Positions 38,245 to 47,768 are shown, counted from the first letter of the stretch. The stretch is 47,999 nt of DNA from Candidatus Hodarchaeota archaeon (GCA_048887225.1 JBHLJY010000018.1:1-47999); one strand, 5' to 3'. Notes: generated by a model not told the origin, from the letters alone. Numbers and translations are program-made.

Positions 38245-39363
38245 TTACAACAATTCTAAAATGATTGGATCGTAAGTAAAATCGAAATAAAATCTAATGA
38301 ATAAAAATACAAGAGCACATCCTATTGGTATTAGCAGATTATCTGATACATCTAAAGGTTTTCTTGTAAATAAATCAATACACATAAAGGATACAGCAAA
38401 AATAAATGCATAAATAAATCCTACAAAGAAATAACATAAAATAAAAGAAATTACCGTGCCAGAAAAGGTTCCTTCCCATGTCTTTTTATTATTCCATGGA
38501 ATATGGAATTTTCCATATCTCATCCCAATCTGGCTTGGAATCAAATCTCCAATTGAACTCATTGCTAAAATAGCGAATAAGGCCATAGGAGGACAAATGA
38601 AGGCTGCAAACATATGACCAATTGCAAAATATAAATATGTACCATATTTTTCTTTTTCTTCTTCTGAGAGTAATAATGTGGTTATAAAATTAAGTGGAAA
38701 ACCTAAATATCTCGTCTTTCTAGTAAATTCATTAATTAACATTATTAAACAAAAAATATAGAAAAAGAAAAACAACACATAATAGAACCATTCTAAACTA
38801 AAAAGAACATTTTCAATAGAATTTGGTTTAGTTAATATCCGAATATATAAATAAAGCATATTCGTTGTTTTTGGATCAATTTTAGGTTTTTTTCTCCTAC
38901 TCAAATAGTTAAATACATAATCATAGCTAATAAACCAAATAATAAACAAACCTATAAATGTTAAGATATGCCATATTTTTCTATAGAGATCTTTTCTAGT
39001 TTTACTAATGCTCTGTAATTTAATTGAAATCTTTTTTTCAACAGCAGTAAAATTCTTTGATTTAAAAAAAAGTTTAAAAACAAATAAGAAAATTGTAGAA
39101 AATAACATTGCAAAACCGATTAAGAGTATTGGTAATAGTAACGAATCTAAAAAAATTGGTAAGGTAAATTTATGTAGATCTCTATCTTGAAACATTAGTA
39201 AAAGAAACATAGGAATTTGTACTAAAACAAAAAATAAAGCACCAAACCCTAATATATTATTTAATGTATCTTCTTTAGTTGAAAAGTAAGTATATAAGAA
39301 AAGAATACTAAAATGTGAAACTAATATGATTAAAAACCAAATATAGAAATAATATATCTCCAT
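38245..39363 (-). CDS. SEC59/DGK1/VTE5 family membrane kinase
   Basis: RKIWHIL, SIGDLIPSQIG, KKTWEGTFSG and SDNLLIP. Confidence 0.82.
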   Translation of the reverse strand: MEIYYFYIWFLIILVSHFSILFLYTYFSTKEDTLNNILGFGALFFVLVQIPMFLLLMFQDRDLHKFTLPIFLDSLLLPILLIGFAMLFSTIFLFVFKLFFKSKNFTAVEKKISIKLQSISKTRKDLYRKIWHILTFIGLFIIWFISYDYVFNYLSRRKKPKIDPKTTNMLYLYIRILTKPNSIENVLFSLEWFYYVLFFFFYIFCLIMLINEFTRKTRYLGFPLNFITTLLLSEEEKEKYGTYLYFAIGHMFAAFICPPMALFAILAMSSIGDLIPSQIGMRYGKFHIPWNNKKTWEGTFSGTVISFILCYFFVGFIYAFIFAVSFMCIDLFTRKPLDVSDNLLIPIGCALVFLFIRFYFDFTYDPIILELL

Positions 39364-39409
39364 TTGTAAAATAATATTGTTTTTTTATTAATAAAGGTTT
39401 AGAGATGAA

Positions 39410-40015
39410 ATGAAAAATATTGTATTGGCATCAAAATCCATTGATCGTAGGTTATTATTTAGATTAGCGAAATTTCCTTTTGAAGTTATAATAACTATAA
39501 TTGACGAAGATAAATTTAAGGCACAAATATCAAATCCGATTGAATTAGCTAAAAAGTTAGCTGAAGAGAAAGCATTAAACGCAAAAGAATCATTAAATAG
39601 GGAAGGCAAGGATGCTATCATTATTGCAGCAGACACGATCGTTGAATTTAAAGGAGAAATTATTGGTAAGGCTAAAAATGAAAATCAAGCTTTTCAAATC
39701 TTAAAAAGATTAGCGGGAAATGAGCATAATCTTGTAACTGGCTTTGCAATAACGGAGGCTGATAATTCTAAATTAATATTGGATCACGACAGCACCTCAG
39801 TAAAAATTTTACCTTTAACAGACAAGGAAATTTGGGATTATATTAAATCGGAGGAATGGATAGGAAGAGCGGGTGCTTATTCTATAAGAGAAAAAGCAAG
39901 TTTATTTATAGAGTCGATTCAAGGTTCATCATCAACCGTTATTGGATTGCCAATGCATAAAATATATAAAATTTTAAAGATGGAGTTTAATGTAGATTTG
40001 CTTCAAAATTTATAA
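39410..40015 (+). CDS. maf: Maf family nucleotide pyrophosphatase
   Basis: IVLASKSIDRR, LAEEKA, AADTIV, GRAGAY and VIGLP. Confidence 0.92.
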   Translation: MKNIVLASKSIDRRLLFRLAKFPFEVIITIIDEDKFKAQISNPIELAKKLAEEKALNAKESLNREGKDAIIIAADTIVEFKGEIIGKAKNENQAFQILKRLAGNEHNLVTGFAITEADNSKLILDHDSTSVKILPLTDKEIWDYIKSEEWIGRAGAYSIREKASLFIESIQGSSSTVIGLPMHKIYKILKMEFNVDLLQNL

Positions 40016-40167
40016 AAGAAAAGATTATTGATTGAGTAATAATCACTCAGAGTAATTGTTTATAAAGATCAAAGTCAAAATATAAATAACTAAAAATAAA
40101 TTAATAATTTATATTGAATATGGCAATTTTGTATAAATTATAAAATATATATAAGTGAAAATATAAA

Positions 40168-40869
40168 ATGGTTTCTGTAATTGGTTGGCTGGATGGTATA
40201 TCTGCTGGTGGTATTGTTGTATCCGCGGTTTTTTTCGGATTATTGTCCTTTTACAAGGCTAGAAAGTTAGAAGCAAAGCTCCTAGGCATTGCTGGTTTAA
40301 TGATGGTTTTTGTTGGGTTTTTATGGCTAGGTCCATTTTCTGATTTTTTATCTATATTGATTTTTCAAAAAAATCTAACACCAAATTACATCTATGCATA
40401 TTTAAGTTATATGTGGGTAGCTCCAGCTATTATTGTTGGTATGTATCTTGGTGGTGAACTTATTGCACCTAAAAAAAAATGGACTATAGTAATTATCTTT
40501 GCAATATTAGGTGTTATTTTTGAGTTATTTCTTTTTCTTGATACAAAGAATACATTTGAGGAATTCATTATAGCAAATCCGGGTCAAGATCTAATTGATG
40601 CTAAATTTAACAGAACATCTCCAACATTTATATTAATTGCCATATTTCTGATATCTGTAATAATCTTTCTAGGAATAGGATTTGCAGTAAAAGCAAAACA
40701 AGCAACTGGTGAGTTAAGAAAAAAATTCTTATTTTTGTTTACCAGTATTATGGTTTTTGTTTTTGCAGCAGCTTTAGATACTATAATCCCTGTAGGTATT
40801 GCTATAGGGTTCATAAGGGCAGTAGGAATGACAGCCGCATTATGGATGTATTTAGGTTTAAAGACCTAA
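40168..40869 (+). CDS. Stand-alone ~7-TM membrane protein (HisKA_7TM-like sensor family)
   Basis: About seven hydrophobic segments; no cytoplasmic output domain. Confidence 0.6.
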   Translation: MVSVIGWLDGISAGGIVVSAVFFGLLSFYKARKLEAKLLGIAGLMMVFVGFLWLGPFSDFLSILIFQKNLTPNYIYAYLSYMWVAPAIIVGMYLGGELIAPKKKWTIVIIFAILGVIFELFLFLDTKNTFEEFIIANPGQDLIDAKFNRTSPTFILIAIFLISVIIFLGIGFAVKAKQATGELRKKFLFLFTSIMVFVFAAALDTIIPVGIAIGFIRAVGMTAALWMYLGLKT

Positions 40870-40929
40870 ATTTTTTATTTATTATTAAGTGTTAAGTCTA
40901 GTTCTGCTTTATATTTTTTTTATAACATT

Positions 40930-41916
40930 TTATCTTGTATTTTTTAAATTATTTATTGCTATTTTGAGTTCCTCGTAGAGTTGGGGATATAATTTTCTGA
41001 ATAACCTTAGCCAATCTCTTCCAATGAATCCTCCAGCGATAAAACTTGTTAAATAACCTAAAAGAATAATTGTTTCGTTTTCAAGATTAAAAATCTCTTT
41101 TGGTAAAAAAATCGTACCATAGATTATTGTATTTAAAGAAAAAATAGTTAAAATTATTCCAAATGGATAATATGTTAATCTGGGGAATTCAAAAAAGGGA
41201 ATATCGTCTTGGGTAATTCGATTAAAAATAGAAGACTGATTAACTGAAGATTTATTGTTATCAATGTCTTTTTTATCTATAAATCTGAACTTTCTAACGT
41301 CGTACCAATCTCTAAAGATTAAAAAACTCCCTATGTATAAAAAAATAAATAATAATACCTGTAATAGTAATAAAATTATGCTAAATCTTTTCCATAAGAT
41401 ATCACTCAAAAAAAGTAGGGAAGAACGCAATATCAATAGAATTAAAGCAATCACAATAAAAAGAACACCAAAAAAGCCTTCGTGTAGATGATATCTGCCA
41501 AAAACTTTAGATTCACTATATTTTGCAGTGCTCTCATTAATATAATATATTATATAGATAATTAATCCTTGACCTATTATAGAAAAAGAGATAAAATTTA
41601 ATATTTCCCAGAAAGTCCCATATATAAGAGAAATGGGGATAATATTTAAGTAAGCCCATGATAGAAGTTCAAATAACCATATTGAGGCAATAACAATCAA
41701 GACAATTTTGAAAACTTGTGTATAATAATCAATATTAATCAAAAATATAAGAGAATAAAAAAAGAGATTGAATGAGATTAGTATTAAAATCCTACTAAAA
41801 AATATTTCAAGGGAATAATAATTGTAAGTTCTTTTACAATAAAGATATAATAGAAGTGAAAAACAACTAAAACAAAATAAAACTAATAATAATATCAATC
41901 TATAACTTTTTTTCAT
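40930..41916 (-). CDS. Multi-pass membrane protein
   Basis: Hydrophobic segments; YHLHEGFFG motif. Confidence 0.7.
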   Translation of the reverse strand: MKKSYRLILLLVLFCFSCFSLLLYLYCKRTYNYYSLEIFFSRILILISFNLFFYSLIFLINIDYYTQVFKIVLIVIASIWLFELLSWAYLNIIPISLIYGTFWEILNFISFSIIGQGLIIYIIYYINESTAKYSESKVFGRYHLHEGFFGVLFIVIALILLILRSSLLFLSDILWKRFSIILLLLQVLLFIFLYIGSFLIFRDWYDVRKFRFIDKKDIDNNKSSVNQSSIFNRITQDDIPFFEFPRLTYYPFGIILTIFSLNTIIYGTIFLPKEIFNLENETIILLGYLTSFIAGGFIGRDWLRLFRKLYPQLYEELKIAINNLKNTR

Positions 41917-41945
41917 TTCTTTTTAATAATAATTAAAATTAATTA

Positions 41946-42809
41946 TTATTCACTCTCCAAAAAATATCTTATAATTTTTTCAGCAATATTAATATCTGTA
42001 ACTTTTTGTAGTGCTGTAAATCCTGGAATTGAATTCACCTCTAGAACATAAAGCCCTTTTTCACTTTCTATAATATCAACTCCTGCAATTTCGGTCTTAA
42101 CTGCTTTTGCAGCGTTAATAGCCAGTTTTTTTAATTCAGTTGTTAGTTCTATAGGCTCCATTCGTGCTCCAGCGTGAATATTAGTTTTCCAGTTATCACT
42201 TACTCTGTACATACCAGCAATCGCATTATCTCCAATAATTAAAATTCTAATATCTTGATTGTAATGTTCGATAAATTCCTGCAAATAAAAGATTTCATTC
42301 AAATGTCCTAGACTATATATAACATTTTCAGCAAAAGATTTGTCGTTCAATCGAGTTATACCAATTCCTTTTGAACCGAAAAGTGGCTTTAAAACAGCAT
42401 CGCCTCCAAGTTCCTCGAAAGATTCTATAGCTTCTTGAGGATCTTCACAAATTATTGTTTTAGGTGTAGGAATATTGTTTTTTTCCAAAATTATAGATGT
42501 TAAAAATTTATCACTTGCCAATTCTAAAGCTTCTCGTGAATTTATTAATCTTATACCGTATTCTTCTATAGATCTTAAGATATCAAGTCTAAAGAATATT
42601 TTTTGTGCAGCACAAGCTCCAAAACCTCTAACAAGGGCTCTTTTTGGTTCAAGATCTTTAAACTGCTTTTCAAATTTGTCTATATTGACTTTAACTTTAA
42701 TGCTTGAGGGAATAAAATAATTTACCTTATATCCCCTTTTATTTAATTCATTAGTCAAAGTTTCTACTTCAGGGTCATCTGGTTTAGGAGTTATAATCAT
42801 TGACGGCAT
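41946..42809 (-). CDS. RimK-family ATP-grasp alpha-L-glutamate ligase (MptN/CofF-like)
   Basis: DKFLT, VLKPLFGSKGIG, LQEFI, DIR, WKTNIHAG, GVDII and LEVNSIPG. Confidence 0.88.
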   Translation of the reverse strand: MPSMIITPKPDDPEVETLTNELNKRGYKVNYFIPSSIKVKVNIDKFEKQFKDLEPKRALVRGFGACAAQKIFFRLDILRSIEEYGIRLINSREALELASDKFLTSIILEKNNIPTPKTIICEDPQEAIESFEELGGDAVLKPLFGSKGIGITRLNDKSFAENVIYSLGHLNEIFYLQEFIEHYNQDIRILIIGDNAIAGMYRVSDNWKTNIHAGARMEPIELTTELKKLAINAAKAVKTEIAGVDIIESEKGLYVLEVNSIPGFTALQKVTDINIAEKIIRYFLESE

Positions 42810-42910
42810 TTTAAATCCATCTAATAAAAAAATCAGTTAATTTCTTGAGATTGAATTTTTAAATAATATAAAGGTTAATATAAATATATTTAATTTCAAT
42901 TAAAACATAT

Positions 42911-43534
42911 ATGAATTCAATGAATAGTAGTGAAAAAGATTCAGAAATAGAGAAATTGACAAAAATTCTTAGCACAATTCAAAACCTATACTATAAGAAA
43001 AAAGAACAGATTGAAGAACTGCAATTAGAAATATCTGAATTAAAAAGTGTCTTAAATTATATCAGTCCTATGGTTTCAAACAGATCCTTTCAAAGCGCAG
43101 ACAAAATATATCATAAAGCTTTGGATAAAATAAAAAATGTTTCGATCGACGAGCTATCTAAAGAGGAAATTCAAGAAGAGAAATTTAAAGGAACAAAAAT
43201 CAAACGAAAAATATTTTCTGAGGATAACCAAGAGTTATTATGTGTTTTAAATTTCATTGATTTCAATTCAGTTACAATTAAATTTATCAATCCTGACCAA
43301 AAATCAATTAAAGAAACTTCCGTAGATTTTATAGAAATTTTTTTAAGAGGCGCGTTAATTAAAATTAAAGAAAAAAATCCTGATATGAAATTAAGTTATA
43401 AGTACTTCAAAAATACTAATATAATCGAAAATATTGAAATTTCAAATTTAAAATCGATTAACGATTACGATTTAATTACTTCAAAAATAAGACAGCTTTT
43501 ATCGCGTGAAATCTCCTCAAATTCAAAAGATTAG
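42911..43534 (+). CDS. Hypothetical protein with N-terminal coiled coil
   Basis: Heptad-like pattern over residues ~10-50. Confidence 0.7.
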   Translation: MNSMNSSEKDSEIEKLTKILSTIQNLYYKKKEQIEELQLEISELKSVLNYISPMVSNRSFQSADKIYHKALDKIKNVSIDELSKEEIQEEKFKGTKIKRKIFSEDNQELLCVLNFIDFNSVTIKFINPDQKSIKETSVDFIEIFLRGALIKIKEKNPDMKLSYKYFKNTNIIENIEISNLKSINDYDLITSKIRQLLSREISSNSKD

Positions 43535-43678
43535 CATGGAATATTAATGTTATTCTAATCGCTAAAATCTTTTGCAAAATAATATATTTAGATAATATAT
43601 TGATTAATTATAACACGAAAAATTAATATTTCAGCGATTTTTATTAATTGTATTAAAATAAATGGAGTGGAGTAAATA

Positions 43679-44511
43679 TTGGCAAAAAAACAAAAATGGC
43701 TTATAATGCCTAAAATTCACTCAAAATTCAACGATCACCAATTACAAGAGGCGTTAATAGCTAAAGCATCTCAGTTTTTATCCTCTGCTAAAAGAGAGGC
43801 ACCTTCTTTTATATTCTTATCAGGGCAATTCTTCGATGTAAAAAAGTGCAGTATAATGCTGGACTTTGCATAAAAGGATTTGCCTATTCTGCCTTACGAG
43901 CTTGGAGAGGTGCTGTTAAACCTTCGGATAGCAGAAGAAGACCGCTTTTAGAAGCAACTTTTGCATCATTGTCAGTATATTTAAGTTCATTGTTATCTTT
44001 ACAATCAGATTTCTATTTTGCTTATGATGAAATTGAAGAGATTTTAAAAACCAAAGAGAGAGAAGATCTATGGGCAATTGTGGAGGAGAAATTACCGTTC
44101 ATATCTCTACCTCCAAAAGAAATGTATGGAAACCAAGTATCTCCTATATCACCATATTTCGTAATTAATCAAGATGACGATTTGATTTTAGGTGAAATTT
44201 ATCCGAGCGTTTATTTAACAGAGATTATTAATTCGATTAAGTCGAGATTTTTTGTTTTTTTTCAACATCAAGGATATTCAGCATTTGGATTTTTTAACTC
44301 CTTACCTGAAAGAAAGAAATTCGGTTTTGAACAAAAAGCTAAAGAATTTTCTAGTGATCCTACGCCAGAAAATCTATTAAAATATGCTAAAACTACTCAA
44401 AATTTGAAAGAAGTGATGATAGCACTTATTCACTCTCATAACAACGCTTTTCTCGAGCAATTTTTAATTGATGATTATGAAATACTTTTAAATAAATTGT
44501 TGGAGGGATAA
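43679..44511 (+). CDS. Single helical protein split by a -1 frame change at A_AAA_AAG (43840-43846); programmed frameshift, pseudogene or sequencing error
   Basis: ORF 43679-43873 has a GGAG SD; ORF 43846-44511 is in the -1 frame with no SD, and its start lies exactly at the heptamer. Confidence 0.6.
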
Positions 44512-44513
44512 CA

Positions 44514-45149
44514 ATGGTTAATATTGGTTTGCTTGGGGATATAAGTGTTGGAAAAACTTCCATATTACGTTTATTTGTCAAATATTTAAATAAGGGAGAT
44601 ATTGAAAAAGTAGAAGGCGGAAAGAAGTGTACCGTTGTTAAAACTGACTTTAGTGGAGAAGCTACGGTCCCAGGAGGTAAAAAAGAAGACACACTCAACG
44701 AAAAAGAAACGAAAACTATTCATCCAAACCGAGTCGTTTTCCGTGAAGATGATTCTAATAAGGCTCACACCTTATTCGCCCCAGGAGGGGATGCTAGACG
44801 TGCAGTCGTTAAAATGGGTATTATAACAATCTCTAGAATAGCTACTCAAATCATAGCTGTGTTTTCAATGGATCGCAAATTAACTACTCAACTTGAATTT
44901 TTCAATAATGTTAGATTCTTTCCAAGAAAAATTTATGCATGTATTAATAAAATTGATTTACTTGAAGGAAATAAAGCTCAAAAAGAGAAGAAAATCGCTG
45001 AAATAAAAAAAAAAATTACAGATTCGTTCCAAAAAAGGAAAATAGATATAGAGGAGATTTTTATAACATGCGGAGAAACTATTGAAGGATTTTCTGATAA
45101 CAATGATGCAGTGGCTCAAATGATATTAAAAATTTGTACAAGTGCTTAA
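44514..45149 (+). CDS. Atypical small GTPase (Ras/Arf/MglA-like)
   Basis: G1 GDISVGKTS, G4 NKID, G5-like TCG; G3 reads FAPGG instead of DxxG. Confidence 0.8.
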   Translation: MVNIGLLGDISVGKTSILRLFVKYLNKGDIEKVEGGKKCTVVKTDFSGEATVPGGKKEDTLNEKETKTIHPNRVVFREDDSNKAHTLFAPGGDARRAVVKMGIITISRIATQIIAVFSMDRKLTTQLEFFNNVRFFPRKIYACINKIDLLEGNKAQKEKKIAEIKKKITDSFQKRKIDIEEIFITCGETIEGFSDNNDAVAQMILKICTSA

Positions 45150-45367
45150 AATCGGTTTATTGCTTCAATGGATTATATAATTCCGCCAAAAATCATTAAA
45201 TTTAAATAGCGATATTTTACAAGTTACTATTTAAATTATAGGTGAAATCTTTTATCTCTAATTTTATAAACGACAAAACGAAAAATTTTGAGTCTTTTAT
45301 GATATTTATATTATCTTTTGTTATTGATTATTATCTTAATTAAGAAGATCTTATTTAGAAAAACAAG

Positions 45368-45787
45368 GTGAATAAAGAATTGTACAATACTCTTAAAACT
45401 TACAATAATAAAATATACACAGGTATGAAGATTGGTAATTCTCATTATTGGAATTACAATAATGGTAAATGGTTTGAAATCAAAAAAGCTCCTGATAAAT
45501 GGAGTTTCAAATTTGATTGTTTAAAGACTAGAATAAAATCTGCCCCTGTTAATACAGGCGCTAGCATTAATACACAATTTCATTGGTATATAATCGCAGA
45601 TCAAATAGCTACAAAAATCGATAATAATTCTTACATGACATCCATGAAAGGAGTTAAATTTAAAGTAGGTCACAAGCGTCCTTATTGGCGAGTGTTTTCT
45701 TATGCTTATCCTAATCAAATTGGATACAAGGAACGTGTTATAAAAATATTAGAGGAAATAATCAAAAGATTAAAATCTGAAAGATAA
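45368..45787 (+). CDS. Conserved hypothetical, Trp/Tyr-rich basic beta protein (start probably TTG 45380)
   Basis: YTGMKIG.SH.W.Y..G.W, HWYI.A.Q and KFKVGHKR pattern recalled from bacterial hypothetical proteins. Confidence 0.7.
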   Translation: MNKELYNTLKTYNNKIYTGMKIGNSHYWNYNNGKWFEIKKAPDKWSFKFDCLKTRIKSAPVNTGASINTQFHWYIIADQIATKIDNNSYMTSMKGVKFKVGHKRPYWRVFSYAYPNQIGYKERVIKILEEIIKRLKSER

Positions 45788-45873
45788 AGTAATAAATGCT
45801 ACAAATAAAAAAAATAGGAAAAAAAAAGAATTAGTTTTAATTTATTTCTAATTTAATCCGTTATTTGTTCAAC

Positions 45874-45996
45874 TTATTTTTCCTTGACTTTGGAGTGCGC
45901 AATTCTTCCATGTTCCATTAGTTTTCGCTTAATTTCTTCTTCAGTTTCGCCGCTAAATTCCTTACCACAAGATGGACATGACATTATTTTTCCCAT
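45874..45996 (-). CDS. 40-aa DUF1059-like C2H2 metal-binding protein MGKIMSCPSCGKEFSGETEEEIKRKLMEHGRIAHSKVKEK
   Basis: Hand translation; CxxC...G.TEEE...HxxxxH; AGGT SD; missed by the ORF track. Confidence 0.8.
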   Translation of the reverse strand: MGKIMSCPSCGKEFSGETEEEIKRKLMEHGRIAHSKVKEK

Positions 45997-46170
45997 AATT
46001 TTTACCTTTTATTATAATTAGGTATTAATGGTTATTCAAATACATAAATGAGATCCTTAATTGATATAAAGGATTTTTAGAATTGAAGTAAACCAATTAA
46101 TTGTTTGTAAAAAAAATTATGACAAATAAATTGAATCCTATTGGTAATTTTTAAATGTATGTTCTTCTTT

Positions 46171-46575
46171 TTAGGAGTCAATTTTAAATTCGCTCTCTAA
46201 CAATTCCAAAATTTTATTAAATTGTTCATTAATAATACCATAATATGTAAACTTCCCTTTTTTCCACCCTCGAATTAAACTGGCTCCTTCAAGAATCCTT
46301 AAATGATGGGAAATCGAGGATTGAGATTTATCCAAAGCTGCTTCAAGTTCACAAACACATCTATCTTTTATTTTTAATATTTCAATTATTTTTAAACGCT
46401 CTTCGTTGCCTAAAGCATTAAAAAATTCAAATTTTTTTATAAAATTCCCTTGGAACTTTAAATTTTTTCCTAATTCATGTAAATTCTTGTAATATACATT
46501 CTCATCCGAGCATTCATCACAGCTACATAACATTTTTTTAATCTTTTCTAGACGTTTAGCTTTAATAAAAACCAC
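46171..46575 (-). CDS. ArsR/SmtB family transcriptional regulator
   Basis: ALGNEERLKI, CVCEL (alpha3 Cys pair) and SQSSISHHLRIL; extra N-terminal CSCDEC. Confidence 0.9.
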   Translation of the reverse strand: MVFIKAKRLEKIKKMLCSCDECSDENVYYKNLHELGKNLKFQGNFIKKFEFFNALGNEERLKIIEILKIKDRCVCELEAALDKSQSSISHHLRILEGASLIRGWKKGKFTYYGIINEQFNKILELLESEFKIDS

Positions 46576-46728
46576 CTATTATAATCAAAATATGACATAT
46601 CTACAAATTTCTATTTATTCAATATCATAGTATGCTCCTATATATTAAAATTTATTTATTTAGATTCAAATCGAAAAAATTAAATATGATTTAATATATT
46701 AATATCTCGTACGCTATTAATTAAAAAT

Positions 46729-47466
46729 ATGAATTTTTTAAAAGTGATTTGCATCATAAAAAATAAAAAATTAAAAGTAGGAGTAATTACAGATGGGAAA
46801 TATGGGGAGAGAGCTTTCACAAATATAAATAAAGTCTTTGATACCGAATGGATTGTAGTTCCAGAAATTCCCTCAAATATAATTCTTGATGACGAAATTG
46901 AGCTTGAAGTTCCTGAATGCGATGTTTATATATCTTATGTTCGACATCCTGATATTATTTTACAATTAGCAGAACTTGAAAAGCCATTAATATTGGGCGT
47001 CCTGCCTGGTGATGGGCTCCTTAGACAAGCCTTAAATATAAATCCTAACGTTGTTCATGCTCAGACAATGTGTTCTTTAGAAAATAATTCTGGAATACCT
47101 GAAATTGACGAATTTACGAAGTTTTTTGGCAAACCTATATACGTGCCAAATATAAGTAAGGAATTAATTATTAAAGATATTAGAGTTAAACGCTCTTCGC
47201 TATGCGGGTCATCTGAAGCCGGTGCAAAATTTTTATTAAATAAATCCTTGAACACCGAGATTCTTCAGAATTTTGCTTTAAGCGTATGTCACGAATGCCG
47301 AGCTCCTCGATTTGGTCGTACATGTGATAAAGAGGTTGCGGGAATTATTCACCTTAATTCTCTTTTTAATAGCTTTCCTCAAGAATTAACTAAAAAATTT
47401 GACCAGAATTTATTAACTTTCATTGAAAATATGAAAAATGAATATATAAGAAGAAAAAATAATTAA
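46729..47466 (+). CDS. DUF166-like Cys-containing protein
   Basis: GKYGERA, HPD, CSL, EF...FGKP, V.RSSLCGSS and C.ECRAPR...CDK...G.IH. Confidence 0.7.
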   Translation: MNFLKVICIIKNKKLKVGVITDGKYGERAFTNINKVFDTEWIVVPEIPSNIILDDEIELEVPECDVYISYVRHPDIILQLAELEKPLILGVLPGDGLLRQALNINPNVVHAQTMCSLENNSGIPEIDEFTKFFGKPIYVPNISKELIIKDIRVKRSSLCGSSEAGAKFLLNKSLNTEILQNFALSVCHECRAPRFGRTCDKEVAGIIHLNSLFNSFPQELTKKFDQNLLTFIENMKNEYIRRKNN

Positions 47467-47487
47467 AAAAAGGAGGTTGGAATTAAT

Positions 47488-47745
47488 ATGGATGATAGAA
47501 TCAGGGTATTAATAGGTTTGGCTACTGCTTATGTAGCAAAGTGTAAGCCTTGATTTAGTCATTTTGCAAATCAAGCTAAAGAAATCGGAATTAGAGATCA
47601 AGAAATCATAGATGTTGTAGAATTAGCAAAAAGAGTGAGGCAAGGGGCAATGAACCAAATGGATCAGTTTTTAACAAAAAAGATTAGCCTTATTAATAAC
47701 TCTGCTGATAACAATTCACAAACCAGGTGTGGATGTAGCCAATAA
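47488..47745 (+). CDS. AhpD/carboxymuconolactone decarboxylase-like selenoprotein candidate (CKPU; UGA at 47551-47553), 85 aa
   Basis: AGGAGGT SD; LIGLATAYVAKCKP-UGA-FSHFANQAKEIGIRDQEIIDVVELAKRVR fits the CMD pattern across the UGA; downstream SECIS. Confidence 0.85.
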
Positions 47746-47768
47746 ATTGGAAAAAACTTATAAAAATA

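Noticed and set aside
40033-40049. Inverted repeat TGAGT-N7-ACTCA between maf and the 7-TM gene
   Set aside because: Arms of only 5 bp are expected by chance; there is no second copy to support an operator.
46576-46728. Specific ArsR operator palindrome
   Set aside because: Only weak AT-rich dyads (e.g. AAATC...GATTT) are present and cannot be distinguished from background.
47488-47553. Reading the TGA as a true stop (21-aa peptide or pseudogene)
   Set aside because: The UGA falls exactly at the CxxC second position, the family pattern continues after it, and a SECIS-like hairpin follows the downstream TAA.
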